Virus record (IMG/VR): IMGVR_UViG_3300027971_000057
Coordinates: 1-63,368 of that record
Strand: one strand, 5' to 3'
DNA length: 63,368 bases
From: a virus
Taxonomy: Duplodnaviria > Caudoviricetes
Position 1 is the stretch's first letter, and each line of letters starts with the position of its first letter. Below, piece by piece: positions 25,686-33,468 of the stretch. The notes under the pieces are model-generated. The model saw only the letters and a program-made list of their open reading frames with translations, searched no databases and was not told the DNA's origin. A program made the position numbers and the translations under genes.

Positions 25686-27649
25686 GTAAACCCTACGATA
25701 GGATTTTGACAATAGATTTTGAAACGCGCTGGGATAGTAAAGTGTATACTTTACAAAAGTTAACCACCGAGGAGTACATACGAGATGAGAGATTTCGAGC
25801 GTTTGGTTGCTGCTTCCACGAGTATGGGAGTGAACAGCCAATTGAATGGGTTCGAGGAGAGTACCTACCTGCGTTCTTGGCAGACATCGACTGGGGACGA
25901 ACCGCTGTGCTTGCACATAACGCCCAGTTTGATATATCGATCCTTGAGTGGAGATTCGGCATCCGCCCCGCATTCATCTTCGACACGCTATCGATGGCGC
26001 GGGCTTTGCGCGGCGTTGAGGTTGGCAACTCCCTCGCCAAACTTGCGTATGATTTTGGTCTTCCCCCCAAAGGGAAAGCCGTACATTCGACCGATGGTCT
26101 CCTCGAACTGGGGGCGGACGTGGACTTTGAGCTTGGAGAATACTGCAAACACGACGTTTTTCTCTGCGAGCGAATCTTTGAAAGATTGGTTGATGGATAC
26201 CCAGTCAAAGAACTTCGACTGATCGACCTGACGCTGAAGATGTACACGCGCCCCATGCTGGTACTGGACGAGCAGATGCTGATGGAAGCGTTGGTAGAGG
26301 AGAAAGAGAAACGTGAAGAACTCCTTCAGAAATGTGGCGTGGATGAGGCTGCGCTTGCTTCAAACCCTCAATTCGCGGCCATCCTTGAGAGGCTCGGAGT
26401 ATCGCCGCCTCAAAAGGTCAGCAAGACAACGGGCAAACAAACACTCGCGCTCGCTAAAAATGATGCAATGTTTCAGGCGTTGCTCAACTCCGACAACGAG
26501 GATGTTGCCCTGCTATGCGAGACTCGCCTTAAAGTTAAATCCACTACTGAAAGAACACGTGCGCAAAGATTTCTGGACATTGCATCGCGTGGCACGCTTC
26601 CTGTTCCGCTGACTTACTTCGGCGCAAGCACGGGGCGGTGGACTGCCAGCAAGGGCAGCGCCATCAATATGCAGAACCTGAAGCGCGGGTCGTTCCTACG
26701 CAAGGCCATCATGGCCCCCGAGGATCACCAGTTGGTGGTGGGTGACCTGAGCCAGATCGAAGTGCGTGTGCTGGCGTGGCTGGCCGACTACGATGCCATG
26801 CTCGACATCTTCCGCGCTGGCGGTGATCCATACGCACAGTTCGGCGCTCAGATGTTCAACATCCCCGGCATGACAAAGGAGTCCCATCCGGGCCACCGCC
26901 AAAGTGCAAAGTCGGCTTTACTAGGGGCGGGTTTCCAGCTTGGCTGGTCGTCGTTCGCTGCCCAGTTGTTGACTGGCTTCCTCGGTGCGCCGCCCATGCG
27001 CTACGACAAGGCGTTCGCCAAGCAGTTGGGCGTTGACGGCGAGTACGTCGAGAAGTTCCTCGACTGGGAAGACAACCTCAAGCGCATGGAGAAGATTCCC
27101 CACATATGCACGAAGCAGGAGTTGCTGATCCATTGCCTCGCGGCGAAGAAGATCATCGACAAGTATCGGGAAGCAGCGCAGCCCATCGTGTCCTTCTGGG
27201 CGCTGTGTGCGTCCCTGATCGAGCATAGCCTGTACAAGGGCAACGAGTACAAGCACAAGAACCTGATCTTCCGCCGTGGTGAGATCGAGTTGCCTAGCGG
27301 GATGCGGTTGCTCTACCCAGATCTGCGCCAAGAGAAAGACGAGGAAGGCAAGAGCTTCTGGTGCTACGGGGAGAAGGGTGATAAGATCTATGCAGGGAAG
27401 ATCACAAACAACGTCACGCAGGGCGTAGCCCGATGCGTGATGACGGATGGTATGTTGCGCGTAGCCAAGCGCTATCCGGTTGTGGGAACGGTTCACGACG
27501 AACAGATCGTCTGTGTGCCAGATGCGGACGTTGACTTCGCCAAGACTTGGGTCTTGGAGCAGATGACGTTAACTCCAAAATACCTACCCGGTATTCCGTT
27601 GGCAGCGGATGGCGGGGCGCATAGGCGCTACGGTTTAGCAAAGAATTGA
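25682..27649 (+). CDS. polA: family A DNA polymerase with 3'-5' exonuclease
   Basis: ExoI IDFET, ExoII HNAQFD, ExoIII YCKHD; motif A DLSQIEVR, motif B RQSAKSALLG, motif C VHDE. Confidence 0.95.
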   Translation: MSKPYDRILTIDFETRWDSKVYTLQKLTTEEYIRDERFRAFGCCFHEYGSEQPIEWVRGEYLPAFLADIDWGRTAVLAHNAQFDISILEWRFGIRPAFIFDTLSMARALRGVEVGNSLAKLAYDFGLPPKGKAVHSTDGLLELGADVDFELGEYCKHDVFLCERIFERLVDGYPVKELRLIDLTLKMYTRPMLVLDEQMLMEALVEEKEKREELLQKCGVDEAALASNPQFAAILERLGVSPPQKVSKTTGKQTLALAKNDAMFQALLNSDNEDVALLCETRLKVKSTTERTRAQRFLDIASRGTLPVPLTYFGASTGRWTASKGSAINMQNLKRGSFLRKAIMAPEDHQLVVGDLSQIEVRVLAWLADYDAMLDIFRAGGDPYAQFGAQMFNIPGMTKESHPGHRQSAKSALLGAGFQLGWSSFAAQLLTGFLGAPPMRYDKAFAKQLGVDGEYVEKFLDWEDNLKRMEKIPHICTKQELLIHCLAAKKIIDKYREAAQPIVSFWALCASLIEHSLYKGNEYKHKNLIFRRGEIELPSGMRLLYPDLRQEKDEEGKSFWCYGEKGDKIYAGKITNNVTQGVARCVMTDGMLRVAKRYPVVGTVHDEQIVCVPDADVDFAKTWVLEQMTLTPKYLPGIPLAADGGAHRRYGLAKN

Positions 27650-27657
27650 GGTGCATC

Positions 27658-28173
27658 ATGTTAACTGTTGAACGTGTGCGAGAGCACCTTGACTACGATC
27701 CTTTGACAGGCGTCTTGATATGGCGCATTTCTCGGCAACGAATTGCTAAAGGATCTGTGGCAGGGACAAAAATGCGCAGCGGGCATATTCGCGTCAAACT
27801 GGATGGTGTAGGTTACCTTGCGCACAGGCTTGCATGGTTGCACTGGTATGGCGTAGAGCCACCGCCGTTTCTTGACCACATTGATCGCTGCCCTGAGAAC
27901 AATGCTATTGCCAATTTGCGTGCCGCAACCAAAGCACAGAACGGGCAAAACCGCCGTGATTCAAGAGGTGTAAGTTTTCACAAAGCAACAAAAAAGTGGC
28001 AAGCGTACATAACTAACGAGGGCGTAACAAAGTACTTAGGGCTTTTCCTGACAATGGACGAAGCAATATCGGCACGACACGCCGCGATGCAGGCGTTGTG
28101 GACACATATGCCGGGGATTCCTCTGGCCGCTGACGGCGGCGCTCACCGCCGATACGGAGAAGCTAAAAACTAG
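27658..28173 (+). CDS. HNH endonuclease with AP2-like domain
   Basis: AHRLAW...LDHIDRCPENNAIANLR; GVSFHKATKKWQAYI...YLGLF; ends in a copy of the PolA C-terminus. Confidence 0.9.
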   Translation: MLTVERVREHLDYDPLTGVLIWRISRQRIAKGSVAGTKMRSGHIRVKLDGVGYLAHRLAWLHWYGVEPPPFLDHIDRCPENNAIANLRAATKAQNGQNRRDSRGVSFHKATKKWQAYITNEGVTKYLGLFLTMDEAISARHAAMQALWTHMPGIPLAADGGAHRRYGEAKN

Positions 28174-28182
28174 GAGAAGCAA

Positions 28183-28569
28183 ATGCATGAAGGGCTTGCA
28201 CTAGGCCACGCAAGGGCAGACGAGGCGGCTATGCACGCAGGAGATAGCTGGGTATCGCTGGCTATTGAAGCGTTCAGATCACACGCAACCACTAACAAAC
28301 TTTTTACAACAGAAGAAGTTAGACAGGCATTCCCAGACTTGCCTAAGCCGCCTGACACACGCGCATGGGGGGCCGTACCCCGCCTTGCGCAAAAAGAAGG
28401 AATGGTCGTGCCGCACGGTTGGGTACGCGCCAGCAGTCGGCTAGTTCACGGCAGATACGTATGCCTGTGGGAATCAAGAATACACAAAGGAGAAGAAAAT
28501 GGTAGAAGTGATTATCGACTACGCATACCCATGCATGATGGCCGAGACGGCGCTCAGGAAAGTGCATGA
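28183..28569 (+). CDS. hypothetical protein
   Basis: AGGAG RBS; FTTEEVR...PPDTRAWG. Confidence 0.65.
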   Translation: MHEGLALGHARADEAAMHAGDSWVSLAIEAFRSHATTNKLFTTEEVRQAFPDLPKPPDTRAWGAVPRLAQKEGMVVPHGWVRASSRLVHGRYVCLWESRIHKGEENGRSDYRLRIPMHDGRDGAQESA

Positions 28570-28699
28570 CCATATGCTGCACGGTAACTACGATGCTGCT
28601 ATCGAGGAGTCCATGAAAGTTTTGGTGGAAGCCAAGATCATGTTGAACTCAATCAAAGAAATGAGAGGAAAAACAAATGCTGATACCCAAGACGTTTGA
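28499..28699 (+). CDS. hypothetical protein
   Basis: AGGAG RBS; IDYAYPCMMAE. Confidence 0.6.
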   Translation: MVEVIIDYAYPCMMAETALRKVHDHMLHGNYDAAIEESMKVLVEAKIMLNSIKEMRGKTNADTQDV

Positions 28700-28976
28700 T
28701 CTAGGTGACCGCACGTATACCGTGCGGATGCTGCCTACTATGAACAAGCGTGGCGTCATGGGCGCTACGTATTTTCAAGCCGCACGCATCGAGATCGGCA
28801 AGAAGAGCAAGACCACAGGCGTGGCGTATAGGCGCGAGGAGATCAACGAGACCTTTTGGCATGAGTTGACCCACGCCATCCTCAACGACATGGGCAGCGG
28901 CCTTGATCGTGACGAGGACTTCGTCACTGCTTTCTCCAGCCGCCTTGCCCAAGCCGTGAGTACCGCCAAACTATGA
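28677..28976 (+). CDS. small HExxH metallopeptidase-like protein
   Basis: TFWHELTHAIL...DEDFV. Confidence 0.7.
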   Translation: MLIPKTFDLGDRTYTVRMLPTMNKRGVMGATYFQAARIEIGKKSKTTGVAYRREEINETFWHELTHAILNDMGSGLDRDEDFVTAFSSRLAQAVSTAKL

Positions 28977-29638
28977 AGAATGTTACATGGTCGCATTCAG
29001 CGCTCAAGGACTACGAAGGTTGCGCTAGGCGGTATCACGAGGTGAAGGTACTGAATAAGTATCCGTTCACCGATACCACCGCGACTATCTACGGCAAGGA
29101 GATGCACAAGTCGATTGAGGACTACATCAAGGACGGCACGCCGCTCTTGCCTCAGTTCATGTTCGTCAAGGACATCATCGATGCGAGCGTTGCCAAGGAT
29201 GGGCGCAAGTACGCGGAGTACGAGATGGCACTCACCAAAGACTTGCGACCATGTAACTTCAACTCACCTGATCGGTGGGTGCGCGGTATTGCCGATCTGA
29301 TCATCGTCAACGACGACAACCTGACTGCTCGTGTGATTGACTGGAAGACGGGAAGCAACCGCTACCCTGACCGGGATCAGTTGCGTTTGATGTCGCTGAT
29401 GGTGTTCGCACACTTCCCACATATCCGCCAAGTGAAGTCCGCGCTGCTGTTCGTGGTCAAGGACGACATGGTCAAGCACAGTATGTTGCGCGGCGAAGCC
29501 GAGGATGAGTGGCAGAAGTATCGCGAACGTGTTGCCAAGCTGGAGTCGTCCCATGAGAATGGGGTGTGGAACCCCACACGCACGCCGCTATGCGGCTGGT
29601 GTCCGGTAAAAGACTGCGCTTACAACACGAAGAGGTAA
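28973..29638 (+). CDS. PD-(D/E)XK exonuclease (RecB/Cas4-like)
   Basis: WSHS...C, RGIADL...IDWKTG, QL, CGWCP...C. Confidence 0.85.
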   Translation: MKNVTWSHSALKDYEGCARRYHEVKVLNKYPFTDTTATIYGKEMHKSIEDYIKDGTPLLPQFMFVKDIIDASVAKDGRKYAEYEMALTKDLRPCNFNSPDRWVRGIADLIIVNDDNLTARVIDWKTGSNRYPDRDQLRLMSLMVFAHFPHIRQVKSALLFVVKDDMVKHSMLRGEAEDEWQKYRERVAKLESSHENGVWNPTRTPLCGWCPVKDCAYNTKR

Positions 29639-29640
29639 TC

Positions 29641-29877
29641 ATGGCAAAGCCAAGAAACTACGCGAAAGAGTACCAACGCGATCTCCAGACTGGTAAGTCT
29701 GGCCCGGGATCGGCACAGCACGAGCGCCAACGCGCTCGACGCGCATTCGATGCCAAGGGCGTAGACCGTTCCGGTAAAGATATCGACCACATCAAACCGC
29801 TACGCAAGGGTGGTAAGTCAACTCCCGGAAACTTGCGGCTCCGCAGTAAGAGCGCCAACCAAGGCGACAATAAATAA
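29641..29877 (+). CDS. small HNH-motif protein
   Basis: DIDHIKPLRKGG...NLRLRSKSAN. Confidence 0.75.
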   Translation: MAKPRNYAKEYQRDLQTGKSGPGSAQHERQRARRAFDAKGVDRSGKDIDHIKPLRKGGKSTPGNLRLRSKSANQGDNK

Positions 29878-29888
29878 ATGAGAGAGCA

Positions 29889-31448
29889 ATGCACATCCTA
29901 GATAACAAGGCACTGGTATTTAAGACACGAAACCCCGACAAGTACAGCGTTATCCCCAAGCACAAGACCGTCAAGCGTGATGACGGTGGGTATGACGTTG
30001 CCGTCTACTGGGGCTTGGACGAAGTCAGGGTACTGAAGAATCTAGGGGTCAAGAACGTACCTTCCCCTATCCGCAAGAAGTACGACTGGCCCGGGCGGTA
30101 CACGCCGATGGCCCACCAGATCGAGACTGCCGAGTTCCTGACAATGAATCGCAAGGCGTTTGTGTTCAGCGAACCCGGGACAGGCAAGACGCTTTCAGCC
30201 CTGTGGGCGGCGGACTATCTGATGTCTGAGAAGCGTGTCCGACGCTGTCTGGTTCTCTGCCCTTTGTCGATCATGCACTCGGCGTGGGTGCAAGACATAA
30301 GCAACAGCATCCTGCATCGCAGCGCAGTCATCGCCCATCACCCCAAGGCATCCCGCCGTATCGAGATGCTTCAAGAAGACTTCGAGTTCGTGATCGTGAA
30401 CTACGAAGGACTGAACATGATTGCGGGCGAGATCCAGAACGACGGCAGGTTCGATCTGGTGATCGTTGACGAGTGCAACGCATACAAGACGATGTCCACC
30501 AACCGCTGGAAAGCGCTGGCGGCAATCATTCAGCCTCACACATATCTGTGGATGATGACGGGAACCCCGGCAGCACAGTCTCCGGTTGATGCCTACGGGC
30601 TGGCACGGCTGGTGAACCCAGACGGCGTTCCGAAATTCATGACGGGCTGGCGCGATGCCACCATGAACAAGATCACCGCATTCAAGTGGGCTCCGAAACC
30701 AATCGCCGCTGATCTGGTCTTCGAGGCGTTGCAGCCAGCGATCCGCTTCACCAAAGAGCAGTGCCTCGACCTTCCGCCTGTCGTCACCACAACTCGGGAA
30801 GTGGCACTGACGCCCCAGCAAAAGAAGTACTACAACTTGCTCAAGGATCAGATGCTCATCCAGACAGGCGGCGAGGTGATCAGCGCGGTCAACGCCGCTG
30901 CTGGCGTGAGCAAGTTGCTTCAGATCTCCTGCGGTGCAGCGTACACCGACGACAAGGGCGTGGTCGAGTTCGATGCCACGCCCCGCTTGGCGCTACTGGA
31001 GGAGATCCTCGAAGAGACAAGCCGCAAGGTTCTGATCTTCGCGCTGTTCACCAGCAGCATCGAGACGATCCACGCTCACCTACTCAAGCGTGGGATTGCC
31101 GCCGAGGTGATTCAAGGCAGCGTGACCCCAACGAAACGCTCAGACATCATCCGCCGCTTCCAGAACGAGAAAGAGCCGCGTGTGCTTGTGATGCAGCCAG
31201 CGGCATCGGCGCACGGCATCACGCTGACTGCTGCCGATACGGTGGTGTTCTTCGGCCCATTGATGAGCGTCGAGCAGTACGTGCAGTGCATCGCACGCTC
31301 GGATCGCAAGGGCCAGTCGTCCGACAAGGTCACCGTGATCCACGTTCAGAGTTCGCCCATCGAGAAGAAAATGTTTAGTGCGCTTGCTCAAAAGGTAAGT
31401 GATCACTCACTACTCACTCAGATGTTTGATCAGGAGATAAAAAGTTAA
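29889..31448 (+). CDS. SNF2-family (SF2) helicase
   Basis: EPGTGKT, VIVDEC, MTGTP, QCIARSDRKGQ. Confidence 0.9.
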   Translation: MHILDNKALVFKTRNPDKYSVIPKHKTVKRDDGGYDVAVYWGLDEVRVLKNLGVKNVPSPIRKKYDWPGRYTPMAHQIETAEFLTMNRKAFVFSEPGTGKTLSALWAADYLMSEKRVRRCLVLCPLSIMHSAWVQDISNSILHRSAVIAHHPKASRRIEMLQEDFEFVIVNYEGLNMIAGEIQNDGRFDLVIVDECNAYKTMSTNRWKALAAIIQPHTYLWMMTGTPAAQSPVDAYGLARLVNPDGVPKFMTGWRDATMNKITAFKWAPKPIAADLVFEALQPAIRFTKEQCLDLPPVVTTTREVALTPQQKKYYNLLKDQMLIQTGGEVISAVNAAAGVSKLLQISCGAAYTDDKGVVEFDATPRLALLEEILEETSRKVLIFALFTSSIETIHAHLLKRGIAAEVIQGSVTPTKRSDIIRRFQNEKEPRVLVMQPAASAHGITLTAADTVVFFGPLMSVEQYVQCIARSDRKGQSSDKVTVIHVQSSPIEKKMFSALAQKVSDHSLLTQMFDQEIKS

Positions 31449-31457
31449 AAGGAGGTG

Positions 31458-31500
31458 TTGCAATCGATTTCGTGCCATGTAGAATGTCAAACTCTAGACA
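31458..31500 (+). promoter_or_regulatory. promoter with operator-like palindrome
   Basis: TTGCAA-16bp-TAGAAT then TGTCAA-ACTC-TAGACA. Confidence 0.55.
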
Positions 31501-31517
31501 AAACCAAGGGGAATAAA

Positions 31518-31919
31518 ATGACAGAAGAATCCGTTTCGATGGATAAACTGGCGAAGGTCTATCGAAAGATCCGTACCCAGATCGACGCGCTCACGCAGGA
31601 GTACGACACCAAAGTCGAAGTCCTGAAAGCGCAGCAAGACGCATTGAAAAATGCGATGAAGGATCAGATGCAAGCGCTCGGGGTGACTTCGGTCAAGACC
31701 GAGCAAGGCACGATCATCATGTCTGTGAAGACGCGCTACACCACAAACGACTGGGACAGTTTCAAGAAGTTTGTGACGGAGCAAGACGCGCTCGACCTGT
31801 TCGAGCGTCGTATTCACCAGACCAACATGAAGACCTTTCTCGAAGAGAACCCGGGTTCCGTACCGCCCGGGTTGAATTCCAATTCGGAATTTGATGTATC
31901 CGTACGCAAGCCAACTTAA
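31518..31919 (+). CDS. replication-module coiled-coil protein
   Basis: 133 aa; SVKTEQGT...DWDSF...PPGLN. Confidence 0.7.
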   Translation: MTEESVSMDKLAKVYRKIRTQIDALTQEYDTKVEVLKAQQDALKNAMKDQMQALGVTSVKTEQGTIIMSVKTRYTTNDWDSFKKFVTEQDALDLFERRIHQTNMKTFLEENPGSVPPGLNSNSEFDVSVRKPT

Positions 31920-31929
31920 GGAAATCACT

Positions 31930-32898
31930 ATGAGCAACGTAGCTCTTTTCAATTCGTCCAACGTCCCAGCCTTCGCACGCAAGGCTGAACTCTCCGACAT
32001 CGCCAAGGCGCTTGGCGGCAACGCGGCCTCTTCTGGGAAGCGTATCTCGATCAAGGGCGGCGTGTTCCGCTTGTTGGCTGGTGGCAAGGAGATTGCCGCC
32101 ATTGATGAACGCTTTCTGGATGTGGTCATCGTCAAGGCTGCGCCCAAGGTGGCTCGCACGTTCTACGCGAACAAGTACGACCCCGAGGCCGCAGCCGCTG
32201 CGCCTGACTGCTTCTCGAACGACGGCGACAAGCCTGACCCAAAGTCAGCGAAGCCACAAAGCACCGCGTGCAATGGCTGCAAGCAGAACATTGCTGGCTC
32301 CGGTAATGGTCAGAGCCGCGCTTGCCGCTACCAGCAGCGCCTTGCTGTGGTTTTGGAGAACGACATCGAAGGGGATGTCATGCAGTTGGCGTTGCCTGCA
32401 ACGTCGATCTTCGGGAAGTCAGAGAGTGACAACCATCCACTCCAAGCGTATGCTTCTTGGCTCCTCAATCAGAGTGTGGACCCTGCAATGGTCGTAACTA
32501 GGATGCGGTTCGATACGAAGGCTGAAGCGCCCAAGTTGTATTTCAAGGCCATGCGCTGGCTGACGCAAGAGGAGTTCGAGACGGCAACCGAGCGCGGCCA
32601 GACGCCAGACGCCGCCCGTGCGGTGGTCTTGAATGTCACCGCGCAGGATACGGCCCCACTCAGTCTGGGTGGGAACAAACCCAAAGCCGCTCCTGTGATC
32701 GAGGAGGAAGAGGAGGAGGAGGAAGCCCCGGCTCCAGCGCCTGTGAAGGCCAAGGCGAAGCCCAAGGCTGAAGAGCCCAAGGCTGACCCCGAGGAAGACA
32801 CTGCCCCAGTCGTGCGTAAGGCCGAGACTGAGAAGCCAAATAGCGTGCCTGCCAAGAAGAGTCTGGCAGACATGGTGTCCGAATGGGATGATGAGTAA
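31930..32898 (+). CDS. putative ssDNA-binding/annealing protein
   Basis: RISIKGGVF, four Cys, disordered acidic tail ending EWDDE. Confidence 0.6.
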   Translation: MSNVALFNSSNVPAFARKAELSDIAKALGGNAASSGKRISIKGGVFRLLAGGKEIAAIDERFLDVVIVKAAPKVARTFYANKYDPEAAAAAPDCFSNDGDKPDPKSAKPQSTACNGCKQNIAGSGNGQSRACRYQQRLAVVLENDIEGDVMQLALPATSIFGKSESDNHPLQAYASWLLNQSVDPAMVVTRMRFDTKAEAPKLYFKAMRWLTQEEFETATERGQTPDAARAVVLNVTAQDTAPLSLGGNKPKAAPVIEEEEEEEEAPAPAPVKAKAKPKAEEPKADPEEDTAPVVRKAETEKPNSVPAKKSLADMVSEWDDE

Positions 32899-32910
32899 CT
32901 AGAAAGGTTT

Positions 32911-33002
32911 TGGGGAAGTAGTGGCGCGGCGGGTTAGCGCCGTCGTGGATATATTGAGCCCTTTCATACAACCACTGCTTTATGTGAATCACTGCTTCCC
33001 CA
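32911..33002 (+). ncRNA. candidate multi-stem structured RNA
   Basis: 13-bp closing stem with internal hairpins, fills the intergenic gap. Confidence 0.45.
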
Positions 33003-33012
33003 TCCCACACAT

Positions 33013-33291
33013 ATGCCTTACTCACAGAAAACCATTAACGCGATTGGCAACTGCCCCAAGACGCTGGGTAACCAGCTAGGGCGGTGGGCCATCCATCGCG
33101 ACTTCTCCGTCGTTCGCATCGCTAAGGCGCTGGGGGTTACCCGCCAGACGGTCTACAACTGGTTCATGGGCGGGGAGATTTTCCCGGCTTATGAGCAACG
33201 CGCCCAGATGTTGTTGAACATATTGAAAAACACACAAACCGCTGATGAAGCGTGGAGACTGCTATGCAAAGAATGCAACTTGACCCCGTGA
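33013..33291 (+). CDS. Cro/CI-type HTH regulator
   Basis: SVVRIAKALGVTRQTVYNWF. Confidence 0.85.
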   Translation: MPYSQKTINAIGNCPKTLGNQLGRWAIHRDFSVVRIAKALGVTRQTVYNWFMGGEIFPAYEQRAQMLLNILKNTQTADEAWRLLCKECNLTP

Positions 33292-33446
33292 TGGTTGAGG
33301 AAGTCCTTGATGGGTTCCGTTCTTATTTGGATAGACAGGTGCTTACGGGCCTTAATCGCTCGCTCCTGCTGATGTACATCGCCGCCTTTCAAGACTCATT
33401 AACGGCACAGGAAGAAGACCCACGCCAACTGCGCCTGTTCGACTGA
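33291..33446 (+). CDS. small hypothetical protein
   Basis: overlaps HTH stop; ends DPRQLRLFD (beta-clamp-motif-like QLxLF). Confidence 0.45.
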   Translation: MVEEVLDGFRSYLDRQVLTGLNRSLLLMYIAAFQDSLTAQEEDPRQLRLFD

Positions 33447-33468
33447 CCCGCTAAGGACGACCCACGAC

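Noticed and set aside
28973-29638. Cas4-like nuclease as CRISPR evidence
   Set aside because: It sits in the replication module, where such exonucleases are ordinary phage genes
32911-33002. tRNA gene
   Set aside because: Has a D-loop-like GGTTAG but lacks a TTCRA T-loop and canonical arm lengths
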